Origin: Candidatus Staskawiczbacteria bacterium
Lineage (GTDB): Bacteria > Patescibacteriota > Minisyncoccia > Minisyncoccales > Staskawiczbacteraceae
Reading direction: 5' to 3'
Assembly (NCBI GenBank): GCA_903835075.1
Contig: CAILLM010000003.1
Location: 1,002 to 65,001, forward strand
DNA: 64,000 nucleotides
Position 1 is the first letter of the stretch. Each line of letters opens with the position of its first letter. The notes under the pieces were generated by a model. That model was not told where the DNA came from. It worked only from the letters and a program-made list of their open reading frames with translations, and did no database searches. The translations under genes and the position numbers were made by a program. This document shows positions 1 to 10,274 of the stretch, piece after piece.

Positions 1-124
1 ATTCTTTCCACGCAAAGCAACAGCAACCTCAACAGCTAATCTGCCCAAAGGTTTGTTTTCTGCGTCTATTGAAATGACTTTTCTTGTTATTGTTTCCATG
101 TTATATTTTTGAAAAAAATTCCGG

Positions 125-475
125 TTATTTTACTAATTCGATTATTACCATTTTGGCGCCATCTGAATTACGAGGTCCAAGTTTTATTATTCTAGTATAC
201 CCACCTTGTCTGTCTACATACCTTGGAGCTATATCGCTTACAATTTTTTTTGTTAATGTGGGGGTTAGTTCTTGTACCAATATTCTACGATTAGCTAAAT
301 TAATTTTTTTTGCCCTAGTAATCATTTTTTCAGCAATAGAGCGTAATTCTTTTGCTTTTGCTTCAGTAGTTTTTATTTTTTCGTCACGCAAAAAGTTATT
401 AACTAATACTCTTAGCAAAGCTTTTCTTGGTCCAATTTTCCTAGAAAATTTTCTACCTTTGTTTTTCTTATTCAT
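125..475 (-). CDS. rplQ: 50S ribosomal protein L17
   Basis: 116 aa; L17-type sequence (GGYTRIIKLGPRNSDGA); follows rpoA as in the alpha operon. Confidence 0.95.
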   Translation of the reverse strand: MNKKNKGRKFSRKIGPRKALLRVLVNNFLRDEKIKTTEAKAKELRSIAEKMITRAKKINLANRRILVQELTPTLTKKIVSDIAPRYVDRQGGYTRIIKLGPRNSDGAKMVIIELVK

Positions 476-1418
476 CGCCTTTTAATTCTAAACCTAATTT
501 TTTTATTTTTCTTTTAATTTCTGACATTGCTTTGTCGCCCATTCCTTCTAATTCAGCCAAGCTTTTTTCTGACTTTCTAACAATTCCGCCAACTGTTTTA
601 ATGCTGTTGTTTAACAATGCATTAAGTGTTCTACCTGTTAATTTCAAGTCTTCAACCAACAATTTAGTTACATCTACCTCGCCATCATCTGCTTCAGTTT
701 CTTCGCCCTTGTCCGCCGAAGCTTCAGCGGAAGCGGAAGCTTCTCCATTGAAAATAACGTTGAAGTGTTTGATTAAAATATCACAAGCTTCAAAAAATGA
801 TTCTTCTGGAGTGATTGTGCCGTCTGTTTCAATATCTAAACTTAATTTATCAAAGTCCGTCCTATCACCAACACGCATATTTTCTACTTGGAAACTTACG
901 TTTCTGATTGGAGTGAAAATAGCATCAACTAAAATAGCACCAATTTCAGATTTTTTTACTTTTACCTGATCTTTTGGAACATATCCTATCCCCCTTTCAA
1001 TTGTTATTTCAATATCTAATTCTGTTTTCTTGTCTGTGATTGTGGCAATATGCAATTCGGGGTTTACCAATGTAATTTGTGAAGGACATTTGAAATCTGC
1101 TCCTGTTACTTTGTTATCTCCTTTTACTTTTAAAGAAACTTTTTGCGACTCGCCTTCAAAAATTTTAAATCTTAAATTCTTTATATTTAAAAGTATCATT
1201 ATAGTGTCTTCTAAAACACCTGGGATTGTGGAAAATTCGTGAGGAACTCCTTTTATTTTAACTTCTGTCACAGAAGCTCCCTGCAAAGATGATAATAAAA
1301 CTCTTCTTAAAGCGTTACCAATAGTAACACCGTATCCTGGGTATAATCCTTCTACTTCAAAAACTGCTTGATGTTTCTTTTTTTGAATTACTTTTGGTGG
1401 TAATGGAAGAGGTATCAT
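468..1418 (-). CDS. rpoA: DNA-directed RNA polymerase subunit alpha
   Basis: 316 aa; N-terminal GNALRRVLLSSL motif and C-terminal HhH domain (LTGRTLNALLNNSIKTVGGI); 8-nt overlap with rplQ. Confidence 0.95.
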   Translation of the reverse strand: MIPLPLPPKVIQKKKHQAVFEVEGLYPGYGVTIGNALRRVLLSSLQGASVTEVKIKGVPHEFSTIPGVLEDTIMILLNIKNLRFKIFEGESQKVSLKVKGDNKVTGADFKCPSQITLVNPELHIATITDKKTELDIEITIERGIGYVPKDQVKVKKSEIGAILVDAIFTPIRNVSFQVENMRVGDRTDFDKLSLDIETDGTITPEESFFEACDILIKHFNVIFNGEASASAEASADKGEETEADDGEVDVTKLLVEDLKLTGRTLNALLNNSIKTVGGIVRKSEKSLAELEGMGDKAMSEIKRKIKKLGLELKGDE

Positions 1419-1505
1419 TTTTATTTTTTTTAATTCCAGATATCAGTACTTCTTCCTCGCAATGCTCGGAATCAGCACTATCCCCCTGGCAAATTAAATT
1501 TAAAA

Positions 1506-2135
1506 TTATCTTGAATAGAACTCGAATATTGTTGAAATTTCTGCAGGAGGCTTTACTTCATCTAAGCTTGGCTCTCCGATAGTTTTTGCTTCTAATTTGT
1601 TTTTATCTAAAGACAACCACATAGGCATTTCTTTTCTCTTCAATTCATTAACTAATTCTTTGAATATGCCCTTTCCTTTTTTATGTTCTTTTATTGCAAT
1701 TACATCATCTTTTTTAACTTGATAAGATGCAATATTAACTGGCTTTCCATTTATTAAAAAATAACTATGTGAAACAAGTTGTCTTGCTTGGGCTCTGCTT
1801 TTAGCAAATCCTAATCTAAAAATAACATTGTCTAATCTTTTTTCTAATTTTCTAATAAGCTCAGCTGCAACGTCATCAACCTTATCCATTCTTTCAAGTG
1901 TTTCGCTCACATATCTTTTAAATTGTCTTTCTGAAAGACCATACCATTTCTTTAATGTTTGCTTTTCTTCTAGGGACTTTTTATATTCTGAAGGAGTGCC
2001 ACCTTTTCTCTTTTTTTGAGGCCCTGGAGCATAAGCTCTTCTGGTTAAGGCACATTTTTCTGAAAAACAACGATCGCCCTTCAAAAAGAGCTTCTGTCCT
2101 AATCGTCTACAAGTTTTACATTGATCGTATTGCAT
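1506..2135 (-). CDS. rpsD: 30S ribosomal protein S4
   Basis: 209 aa; N-terminal Cys knuckle CKTCRRLGQKLFLKGDRC plus S4 RNA-binding domain. Confidence 0.95.
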   Translation of the reverse strand: MQYDQCKTCRRLGQKLFLKGDRCFSEKCALTRRAYAPGPQKKRKGGTPSEYKKSLEEKQTLKKWYGLSERQFKRYVSETLERMDKVDDVAAELIRKLEKRLDNVIFRLGFAKSRAQARQLVSHSYFLINGKPVNIASYQVKKDDVIAIKEHKKGKGIFKELVNELKRKEMPMWLSLDKNKLEAKTIGEPSLDEVKPPAEISTIFEFYSR

Positions 2136-2147
2136 ATATATATAAAA

Positions 2148-2609
2148 TTAAACTCTTCTAACTTTCTTTTGCCTGCATCCATTGTGAGGAATTGGCGTTA
2201 CATCTTTTATTGAAACAACATTTAAACCTTGTGTAATTAAGGTTCTTACAGCTGATTCTCTGCCAGCCCCAATACCCTTGATAGAAACTTCTATTCTATC
2301 AACAACTCCCATTTTTTTACAAATTGTTGCAATTGTTTCTGCTACTCTTGAAGCTGCAAATGAAGTTGATTTCTTAGCTCCTTTAAATCCTACTGATCCT
2401 GCTGACTTCCAAGCTAAAACCTGACCTGTTGAGCTGGTAAGGGTTAAAATTGTATTATTATAAGTTGAAGTAATAAAAATTCTTCCACCTTGAACTCCGG
2501 CAACAGATTGCTTGGTTTTGTTGGCCTCTTTGGCAACTGTTTTATCAATCTTCTCCTGCTCTTTTATTGCCTCTTCTTGATTTGTTTCGACTATATGTTT
2601 TTTTCCCAT
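2148..2609 (-). CDS. rpsK: 30S ribosomal protein S11
   Basis: 153 aa; S11 core (GFKGAKKSTSFAA ... GRESAVR) with Lys/Glu-rich N-terminal extension. Confidence 0.95.
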   Translation of the reverse strand: MGKKHIVETNQEEAIKEQEKIDKTVAKEANKTKQSVAGVQGGRIFITSTYNNTILTLTSSTGQVLAWKSAGSVGFKGAKKSTSFAASRVAETIATICKKMGVVDRIEVSIKGIGAGRESAVRTLITQGLNVVSIKDVTPIPHNGCRQKKVRRV

Positions 2610-2633
2610 TTTGTTTGTTCTATTTTATAATTT

Positions 2634-3023
2634 TTAACCTGGTGATGCTGCTGGTTTTCTACCCGATCCCATAGTTTTTCTTGTATTTCCCCTTACTGTT
2701 CTATTGTTTGTTTTTGTTCTTTGTCCCCTTACTGGCAATCCTCTTGAATGTCTCATTCCTCTCCATGCTCCAATATCTTTTAACCTCTTAACATTAATCA
2801 TGATTTGTCTTCTCAAATCTCCTTCAATTTTATGATTCTTTTCAATTATTTCTTTCAAATCATTAACTTCTTTAGCAGTTAAATCTGAAGCTTTTTTACT
2901 TTCATCAATTTTCAAAGCCTCTAAGACTCTTTTACTCAAAGCATTACCTATTCCGTAGATATAAGTTAAAGAGATTACTATTCTTTTGTTTTCTGGGATA
3001 TTTACCCCGGCAATTCTTGGCAT
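2634..3023 (-). CDS. rpsM: 30S ribosomal protein S13
   Basis: 129 aa; MPRIAGVNIP start and GLPVRGQRTKTN motif. Confidence 0.95.
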   Translation of the reverse strand: MPRIAGVNIPENKRIVISLTYIYGIGNALSKRVLEALKIDESKKASDLTAKEVNDLKEIIEKNHKIEGDLRRQIMINVKRLKDIGAWRGMRHSRGLPVRGQRTKTNNRTVRGNTRKTMGSGRKPAASPG

Positions 3024-3027
3024 AGTC

Positions 3028-3077
3028 GTAGTTTAATGTTTATGTAGTTTAATGTTTATAAAGTTTATAAAGTTTAT
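3028..3077. repeat. Tandem direct repeats (16 bp x2, then 9 bp x2) in the rpmJ-rpsM spacer
   Basis: GTAGTTTAATGTTTAT twice (3028-3059), then AAAGTTTAT twice (3060-3077). Confidence 0.8.
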
Positions 3078-3121
3078 CAAGTCGACTTTATAACCTGTAA
3101 CTTGATGAACTTTTTACTCGT

Positions 3122-3238
3122 TTATCCTTGTCTTTGCTTGTGTTTTGGATTTTTTTTGCAAATAACATAAAGCCTTCCCTCTCTTCTGACAATTTTGCAA
3201 TCGTTACAAATTTTTTTAATTGATGGTCTTACTTTCAT
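3122..3238 (-). CDS. rpmJ: 50S ribosomal protein L36
   Basis: Not in the ORF track (38 aa). My translation is [38 protein letters not shown]; canonical L36 zinc ribbon between infA and rpsM. Confidence 0.9.
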   Translation of the reverse strand: MKVRPSIKKICNDCKIVRREGRLYVICKKNPKHKQRQG

Positions 3239-3293
3239 TTTTTTTAAAAAAAACTTAAAACCTAAAAAGGTTTTAAAATTAAATTACAATATT

Positions 3294-3569
3294 TTATTTT
3301 AACCTATAAACAATTCTGCCCTTTTCATTATCATAAGGACTCATTTCTAGAGAAACCTTATCGCCAGGCAAAATAGTTATTCTATTCATTCTCATTTTGC
3401 CCGATAAAAATCCCATAATCTCTCTACCGTCGCTAAGCACTACCTTGAAAAAGGCATTTGGCAAAGCTTCTATAACTCTTCCGTCTGTTTTTATTATTTG
3501 ATTACTCCGACTTTGTCGTGAGTCCTCGACAGTGGAACCGTCGGGATTTTTATCTTGATTTATAGGCAT
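3294..3569 (-). CDS. infA: Translation initiation factor IF-1
   Basis: 91 aa; S1-like core [16 protein letters not shown] ... [12 protein letters not shown]; about 20 aa N-terminal extension. Confidence 0.9.
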   Translation of the reverse strand: MPINQDKNPDGSTVEDSRQSRSNQIIKTDGRVIEALPNAFFKVVLSDGREIMGFLSGKMRMNRITILPGDKVSLEMSPYDNEKGRIVYRLK

Positions 3570-3619
3570 TTGAAATAGTAGTCTTATATTAGCAAATTCA
3601 ATTCAAAAGGTCAAGCCCC

Positions 3620-4978
3620 CTACTGGAATTTCAAAAACACATGAACCGCACTTTGATTATTTGGAGCGGAAGAAACCCAGAATGGCCAAAACTTTATTTG
3701 AGTTTTAGAAACTTGGTCCCCCATGTTATTAGTTATTGTTTGTTTTATTTGTTCAGCATTCTCACCCATTAAAGACAACCCAATAGCATTTTTATCAATA
3801 TTTTGATAGGCGCCTAATGAAATATTTAAATTTAAAGTTGCCTTACCCCCGGAAATATCAATAACATTAGAAGAATAATCTACTTTTGTACTACCATCTA
3901 ATAAAGTTTTACCTGTTGGCATTTGTGATGCAATATAACTTTTCACAAAAGTATCAACATCTGATTTTTTGAAAGCCAATGCGCTTGCCTGCACTGTCAC
4001 GCTGTAATTAAAAGTATCAGCTATTGCTCCTGATTTTGATTTTGTTGAAGAATCAGTTACATTAGATAAAATTGCATTATCTAACAAAATATAATCTGCA
4101 GAAATTTGACCTTTTACATCTGCTGTAGCATCTGCTGTTGCTTTTTGAGTTAAAACATTTTTAGCTTCTTGCAAATCATCATCTGTAACTTTTTTAACTT
4201 TTCCAGTATAACCACCTGTCATAGCTTCGGCTGATGATGCAGAAACACTAAAATAAGAAGCAGTTCCTTTTAATCCTGGCACTGAAAAATTAGAAGGAGC
4301 AATGTTATAATCAGTTCCTCCTTCTACGGCTTGTATTTGGACACTAACCGAACCAGGCGTAATTTTACTTCCAACTTTTTTTGCCGCCGGAATTGTAATT
4401 TTTTGTAAAGCAATAAATAATTTTCCAGAATCAGACATAAAGTGAGTGCCTGCTACAAAATTAAAAGCTTTTGGCGGATCATATTTATTATATACTGTTA
4501 TGGTTCCCTGAGATTTTCCCTCATTTGACCCATTACCCGTTGACGGAAAATCTTGCGTAGCTGTTTTAATAGATTGGAAATATTGTGCAGGAATAACTGC
4601 CTTAGCGGTGTCAACAACTGTAATAGACTTGTCAGCAGTTAAGGTTTGTTGCAGACTTAATGTGTCTACTTTTGGCCAAATTGTAATATCAGCTTTTGGT
4701 AATTTAAAAAATAAATATATGGCAACAAATAATACAATTATTAAAATACTAATAAAAATTGGCTTTTTAGCAGACTTTCCTTCTTTTTTTGTTTTAGTTT
4801 GAACGGGCGTTTGTGGTTGAGCTGGTGCGTAATATTGAGTTACAATATTTTTTGACTCTTTTTCAATAGTCAAAGGCACTTTAGTTTTTTTCACTACAGG
4901 CTTTTTTACAACCGGTTTTCTTTCAACCTTTTTGATTGCTATTTTGGGAGGTTTAATATCGTATATTTTTTTTGCCAT
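3620..4978 (-). CDS. Membrane-anchored hypothetical protein (Lys-rich N-terminus, one TM, large extracytoplasmic domain)
   Basis: 452 aa; TM at IFISILIIVLFVAIYLFF. Segment VQIQAVEGGTDYNIAPSNFSVPGL weakly recalls baseplate J/gp47-like families (low confidence). Confidence 0.6.
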   Translation of the reverse strand: MAKKIYDIKPPKIAIKKVERKPVVKKPVVKKTKVPLTIEKESKNIVTQYYAPAQPQTPVQTKTKKEGKSAKKPIFISILIIVLFVAIYLFFKLPKADITIWPKVDTLSLQQTLTADKSITVVDTAKAVIPAQYFQSIKTATQDFPSTGNGSNEGKSQGTITVYNKYDPPKAFNFVAGTHFMSDSGKLFIALQKITIPAAKKVGSKITPGSVSVQIQAVEGGTDYNIAPSNFSVPGLKGTASYFSVSASSAEAMTGGYTGKVKKVTDDDLQEAKNVLTQKATADATADVKGQISADYILLDNAILSNVTDSSTKSKSGAIADTFNYSVTVQASALAFKKSDVDTFVKSYIASQMPTGKTLLDGSTKVDYSSNVIDISGGKATLNLNISLGAYQNIDKNAIGLSLMGENAEQIKQTITNNMGDQVSKTQIKFWPFWVSSAPNNQSAVHVFLKFQ

Positions 4979-5031
4979 AATGAAAATTTTAATTTAAAAT
5001 TTTTTAGCGTAGCGATATATTTTTTTGTTCT

Positions 5032-5181
5032 AAGGCGAGGTAACAAACTTATAGCGAGACAGTTAATTTTTAGCGTATTTCAGGACACGAAGTGCCTGAC
5101 GAAGCCATTTAGACGCGAAACGTATCAATGGCGGTAGCAGAAAATTAATTGCCGAGCGATAAAAACGCTTGTTGCCGAGCG
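5032..5181. repeat. Composite GC-rich palindromic element, nested copy (A-type core)
   Basis: GGCGAGG.. / AGCGAGAC left boundaries, two GCCGAGCGA right boundaries; core hairpin TCAGGACAC-GAA-GTGCCTGA. Near-identical to the copies at 12827 and 56959. Confidence 0.85.
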
Positions 5182-5187
5182 AAAAAA

Positions 5188-7062
5188 TTATTCGAGCACT
5201 GCTTTAATTCTTCGGACTCCCGAAGAAGAGCTTTCTTCTTTTTGTATTTTAAATTTCCCCAAAACTCCTGTATGTTCTACGTGAGGCCCACCACAAATTT
5301 CTCTGCTGGCAATTTCATGATCATTACCAACAGTATAAACTTTTACGATTTGGCCATATTTAGATTCAAAAACTCCCATTGCATTTAACTCTTTAGCTTT
5401 TTCTATTGGCATTTCCTCACATACAACAGGCATATCTTTTTCTATTATACCATTTACAAAAATTTCTACATCATTTATTTGTGCACTGGTCATTTTTTCA
5501 GGATAAGTAAAATCAAACCTCAATCTTTCAGCTGTAATATTGCTTCCTTTTTGAAATATAGTATCCCCCAAAACTTTTCTTAAACCTGCCAACATTAAGT
5601 GGGCTGCTGTGTGTAATTTTGTAGTTTGTTCTGAATGATCAGCTAATCCACCCTTAAACATTCCCGCAGAAGCGGTTCTTGAAAGATCTTGGTGCTTTCC
5701 TAATTCTTTTTCGAATTCCTCAACATCAACTTCAATTCCTTTTTCTTTTGCCAACTCTTTTGTTATTTCGATTGGAAAGCCATAGGACTGATAAAGATTA
5801 AATGCATCTTTTCCGGATATATTTTGCAGCTTCTCAAATTCCTTTAATCCGTTTTGCATTGTTAAATTAAATTTTTCCTCTTCTTTGATGAGTTCCGCTA
5901 TAATCTGCTTTTCTTTCTCTTTTAAATAGGGATAAGAATTCGCATAAACTAGGATATATTCTTTAGCAATATCACTACAAAATTCCTTATTAATTCCTAG
6001 ATTATACGCAAATCTAATGGCCCTTCTAACCAATCTCCTGGTAAAATATCCTTGATCTTTATTTGAAGGAAATGCTCCGTCAGCGATCAAAAAGGTTGCG
6101 GCCCTTAAATGATCCATTATAATCCTAAAAGCTTTTGTTTCTTTACTGTCCTGACCATAAATTTTCCCAGATAAATTTTCAATTTTAGATTTTATAGCTT
6201 CAAAAATATCTATTAAAAAAATGTCTGGAATATTTAATTTAGCAGTTGCAATTCTTTCTAGGCCTCCTCCAAAATCGATATTTTTATTTTTTAATTTCTC
6301 AAATCCTTTTTCTGTTTTTATGTATTCCATAAAAACATTATTTCCAATTTCCAAAAATCTTCCGCAATCACAATTTACGTGGCAAGGAGAATCTTTAAAT
6401 TCAGAATTCTCATGTATTTCTAAATCAACTCCGAAATCCCAGAACATTTCCGAATCAGGACCACCTGGCTCACCCACTGGCATATTTTCAGTAATTCCGG
6501 CGCGCGACCACCAATTTTTAGTTTCATCATAATAAAAAATCCTACCTCCCTGCATCCCATTTTTTTCTGAAAAATCTACCACTTTAGCATTTATACCTAC
6601 CTTATCAAACTGCTCTATCCAAATTTGTGCCGCTTCTTCGTCAATTGGAATACCGACAGCTTCTTTGCCACGGAATACGGTGACATATATGTTTTCAGGA
6701 TTTAATTTTGCTTCTTTTGTAAGAAACTCAAACATCCATGCAATCTGTTCTTTTTTAAAATAATCTCCCAATGACCAATTCCCCAGCATTTCAAAAAATG
6801 TGGTATGCCTAGAATCTCCAACTTCTTCAATGTCTTGAGTTCTAAAGCACTTTTGAGAATCAGTAATACGCACGCCCGCTGGATGTTTTTCTCCCAATAA
6901 ATAAGGAATCATTGGTTGCATTCCTGCGCTAGTAAATAAAGTTGTTGGGTCATTTTCCGGAATCAAAGAAGCACTAGGAATTATTTTATGCCCTTTTCTC
7001 TCAAAAAACTTTAAATATTTTTCTCGTAATTCCGAGGATTGCATATTGTTATTATTCTTCAT
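5188..7062 (-). CDS. alaS: Alanine--tRNA ligase, short form lacking the C-Ala domain
   Basis: 624 aa; class II core (FTSAGMQP, FFEMLGNWS) and editing-domain motifs HTAAHLM and CGGPHV; ends just after the editing domain. Confidence 0.9.
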   Translation of the reverse strand: MKNNNNMQSSELREKYLKFFERKGHKIIPSASLIPENDPTTLFTSAGMQPMIPYLLGEKHPAGVRITDSQKCFRTQDIEEVGDSRHTTFFEMLGNWSLGDYFKKEQIAWMFEFLTKEAKLNPENIYVTVFRGKEAVGIPIDEEAAQIWIEQFDKVGINAKVVDFSEKNGMQGGRIFYYDETKNWWSRAGITENMPVGEPGGPDSEMFWDFGVDLEIHENSEFKDSPCHVNCDCGRFLEIGNNVFMEYIKTEKGFEKLKNKNIDFGGGLERIATAKLNIPDIFLIDIFEAIKSKIENLSGKIYGQDSKETKAFRIIMDHLRAATFLIADGAFPSNKDQGYFTRRLVRRAIRFAYNLGINKEFCSDIAKEYILVYANSYPYLKEKEKQIIAELIKEEEKFNLTMQNGLKEFEKLQNISGKDAFNLYQSYGFPIEITKELAKEKGIEVDVEEFEKELGKHQDLSRTASAGMFKGGLADHSEQTTKLHTAAHLMLAGLRKVLGDTIFQKGSNITAERLRFDFTYPEKMTSAQINDVEIFVNGIIEKDMPVVCEEMPIEKAKELNAMGVFESKYGQIVKVYTVGNDHEIASREICGGPHVEHTGVLGKFKIQKEESSSSGVRRIKAVLE

Positions 7063-7090
7063 TTTACATCAAAAAAATTATTCACGCAAG

Positions 7091-7117
7091 AAACAAAAAC
7101 CCCGCTGGGCGGGGTTT
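7091..7117 (-). terminator. Rho-independent terminator after tpiA
   Basis: Hairpin AAACCCCGC-TGGG-CGGGGTTT followed by a T-run on the minus strand. Confidence 0.7.
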
Positions 7118-7129
7118 AATATTTATAAA

Positions 7130-7843
7130 TTATTCGGCGGATTTTACTATTTTTATAAATTCTTCGGCAATTAACGATGCTCCGCCGACCAACAACCCAT
7201 TTGCCCCTGCCTCTTTTATATATTCACCCGAATTATCGCTTTTAACGCTACCACCGTAAAGTACGCGAACTTGCCCAATTAATGTTCTTATAAAATCAAG
7301 CGATTCTTTTGTCTCCTCAACCCCGCAATTATTTCCTGTTCCAATTGCCCAGACCGGCTCGTAAGCAACATTCAAATTAGCCAAATCTGTTATTCCGTCT
7401 AGCCCAATTTTAATTTGCTTTTCTAAGACTTCATTTTTCTTACCGGCATCGTGTTCTTCCTGAGTTTCACCAACACAAAAAATAACTTTTAATCCAGCTT
7501 CAAGTGCTTTTTTTATTTTTTTATTTATAATTTCGTCAGTTTCGCCAAAATATTTTCTTCTTTCCGAGTGGCCAATAATTATATATTCTACTTTTAAATC
7601 TTTTAGCATTTCAACTGAGATTTCTCCTGTAAAAGCGCCCTTATCTTCAAAATAAACATTTTGTGCTCCCATGGAAACAACTCCTTCTCCGAAAATTGAG
7701 GCATACAAATAAACAGCAGGCGGACAAACAATAACTTCTACATCTAATCCGCGAGAGCCCTCTCTAATGGCGTCAAAAATTTCTTTAGCCTCTTTTTGCG
7801 AATTTGGATTCATTTTCCAATTCGCCACAATCAAATTTTTCAT
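7130..7843 (-). CDS. tpiA: Triosephosphate isomerase
   Basis: 237 aa; NWKMN, GHSERR and YEPVWAIGTG motifs. Confidence 0.95.
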   Translation of the reverse strand: MKNLIVANWKMNPNSQKEAKEIFDAIREGSRGLDVEVIVCPPAVYLYASIFGEGVVSMGAQNVYFEDKGAFTGEISVEMLKDLKVEYIIIGHSERRKYFGETDEIINKKIKKALEAGLKVIFCVGETQEEHDAGKKNEVLEKQIKIGLDGITDLANLNVAYEPVWAIGTGNNCGVEETKESLDFIRTLIGQVRVLYGGSVKSDNSGEYIKEAGANGLLVGGASLIAEEFIKIVKSAE

Positions 7844-7849
7844 AATTTT

Positions 7850-9475
7850 TTATTTATGTGTTAACACTAAAAATTTTGCCTGTAAAAGTTGCAAAACCTG
7901 CGTAATTAGAGCAATCAATTGCTTTTTTAATTCAATAATTGTTGCAGTACCACTCTTAACTGTTGGGACCACAATATTAATTGATGTTGGTACTGTTGAA
8001 AAATTTGCTAGAATTGTGTGGGGTTGGGTAATACTACTAAATGTATGGGTTGATTCAACTCCAACAGACACATTATCTACCAATACGTCTGCAATTTGAT
8101 AGCCTGTATTTGGCGTAATGTTAAAAGTATAGTTGCCACCTTGAACAATATTTTGGCTGCCAGGACTTATTGAACCATTTGGCGTAACATAAACTGAAAT
8201 AGGATAAGATGTTGCACCTCCACCAGGAGCCCTAGTTACAATAATTGTATATGTATTTGTTGTTATGCCATCTTGGGCAGTAACAACTGTTGTAATTGTG
8301 TTGCTTCCAACGTTTAAGGTTATAGCTCCAGAAGCATTCCCAGAAGCTACTAGTGTTCCGTTCACTGTGACTGTGGCGTTAGCTTGATTGGTTGTTGGGG
8401 TAACGGTTAAACTCGTAACTCTGTTGGCAACGCTAGCGGTATATGAAGTTGTGCTAGGTGAAAACACTGGGGTTAGCGTACCCGAGCTAATAGTAAAATT
8501 ACTCAATGTGGCATCAGTGGTAAATGGATTTTGGCATGTTTCAGATGGTAAAGATGGTGTGCTTATAGTAATATTGGAAACAGTATTTATCACTCCAGAA
8601 GTAGTAGAATATATATTGTTATTGGCTATATTAAAAATTCCGCCATCCTCCCTTAAATCGTAATGCCCCACACCTCCAGATGAATTCTCCATGCAATGAT
8701 AAGCATTCATGGTCCCATACAAAGAAAGAAGTGCGTAGTTAGTATTATTATTCGTGGCGGTAAAATTAGAATTATAAAGATTCAATGTCCCCCCGCTACC
8801 CCTCACAGACCCTGCCGTTCCCATAATGGGAAGAAAATATGGACCTGCTGAAATAAAAGTAGAATCGTAAACATTAACCGTACTCCCAGACGAATCTAGG
8901 GCGATGCTGTCAAATTTTGAGTTTACAGTAGAATTAAAAATATTTGCCGTAAAAGTTGTACTCGTGGAATAAAAATAAAACCCATCAGACTCCGCGATTA
9001 GCTTTACGTTCTCAACCGTAAAATTTGTTGGGATAGTATTTATGCCCTGATAAAAACCAACTGGCAGTTGGAGGTTATGGAACCCTTCGTTGCCATTAAC
9101 GGTTAAATAACCAATTACACTGCTTGTTCCAGGAACAACAATTGCTCCGCCAACCCCGCCTAAAACTTGCGATTTTATAATAGTAGTATCAATTCCGCGA
9201 CCATAAAGAGACACGGAAGTTGGCAAGGTTATGCCCGCGTTTCCAATATCAAAAGTGCTAGCAGATAAATAAAGAGTATCCCCTGCAACAGATGCAGTAA
9301 CAGCATTTTTCAAAGCTGTTCCCCTGGAAATGTCTGAATTGCTTGCTGATGCATAATCTGTTTCCGTGCAATTAGAGTGCATTATAGACACTCCGCCATT
9401 GGGGAAAATACCACTTGCAAAAACAGTCCCTGGCACGACCAAACAAAACAATAATACTGTTAGAATATATTTCAT
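7850..9475 (-). CDS. Secreted surface protein: beta-helix-like region, cadherin-like beta-sandwich, InlB B-repeat-like domain
   Basis: 541 aa; signal peptide [20 protein letters not shown]. Segment [28 protein letters not shown]...YTIIVTR resembles the cadherin-like beta-sandwich family. Confidence 0.65.
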   Translation of the reverse strand: MKYILTVLLFCLVVPGTVFASGIFPNGGVSIMHSNCTETDYASASNSDISRGTALKNAVTASVAGDTLYLSASTFDIGNAGITLPTSVSLYGRGIDTTIIKSQVLGGVGGAIVVPGTSSVIGYLTVNGNEGFHNLQLPVGFYQGINTIPTNFTVENVKLIAESDGFYFYSTSTTFTANIFNSTVNSKFDSIALDSSGSTVNVYDSTFISAGPYFLPIMGTAGSVRGSGGTLNLYNSNFTATNNNTNYALLSLYGTMNAYHCMENSSGGVGHYDLREDGGIFNIANNNIYSTTSGVINTVSNITISTPSLPSETCQNPFTTDATLSNFTISSGTLTPVFSPSTTSYTASVANRVTSLTVTPTTNQANATVTVNGTLVASGNASGAITLNVGSNTITTVVTAQDGITTNTYTIIVTRAPGGGATSYPISVYVTPNGSISPGSQNIVQGGNYTFNITPNTGYQIADVLVDNVSVGVESTHTFSSITQPHTILANFSTVPTSINIVVPTVKSGTATIIELKKQLIALITQVLQLLQAKFLVLTHK

Positions 9476-9527
9476 ATTTAAAAAAATTTAATAAAAAACT
9501 TTATATTATATTATATTACCACAAAAA

Positions 9528-10274
9528 CTAATCTGTTAAAATTTTGGGACCAATTCTTGTAATGGCAATTGTGTGTTCAAAATGCGCGGACAAAGAGTTG
9601 TCACGCGTGGCATAACCATAACCATCGTCTGAGTGCCTTAAATTATAATCCCCCATTGTTACCATTGGTTCAATACAAATTACCATTCCTTCAACTAATT
9701 TTGCTCCGCTTTGTCTTTTTCCATAATTTGGAATTTTGGGGTCCTCATGAACTGTTTTGCCAATTCCATGACCACATAAGTCGCGTACTACGCCGAACCC
9801 TTGGTCTTCAATACATCTTTGCACGGTATTTCCAATATCTCCAATTGTATTACCAATTTTTGCTTTTTTAATTCCCAAGCGAAGCGATTTTTTTGTAACA
9901 TTTATAAGCCTTTTTGCTTCATACGAAACATTCCCAACTGCAACTGTTATGGCCGAATCAGTGTTGAACCCTTTATATAAAACACCCAAATCTAATTTTA
10001 CTAAGTCGCCATCTTTTATTTTATAATTTGAAGGATATCCATGAACAATATTTTCATTTACAGAAACACACAAAGAGTAAGGAAAGCCTTCATAACCCTT
10101 AAAAGCTGGTTTTGCACCTGCATGAGAAACAATAAGAGCCTCTGCGGCTCTGTCCAATTCTATGGTGGCAATTCCGGGCTTTGTCATTTTTTCTAAAGCC
10201 TTAAGTGTAGCAGACAATATTTTTCCACCTTCTCTAATTGTTTGAATTTCTTCTGGTGTTTTTAATGTAATCAT
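9528..10274 (-). CDS. map: Methionine aminopeptidase type I
   Basis: 248 aa; metal-ligand context DGDLVKLDLG, GHGIGKTVHE, EPM. Confidence 0.95.
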   Translation of the reverse strand: MITLKTPEEIQTIREGGKILSATLKALEKMTKPGIATIELDRAAEALIVSHAGAKPAFKGYEGFPYSLCVSVNENIVHGYPSNYKIKDGDLVKLDLGVLYKGFNTDSAITVAVGNVSYEAKRLINVTKKSLRLGIKKAKIGNTIGDIGNTVQRCIEDQGFGVVRDLCGHGIGKTVHEDPKIPNYGKRQSGAKLVEGMVICIEPMVTMGDYNLRHSDDGYGYATRDNSLSAHFEHTIAITRIGPKILTD

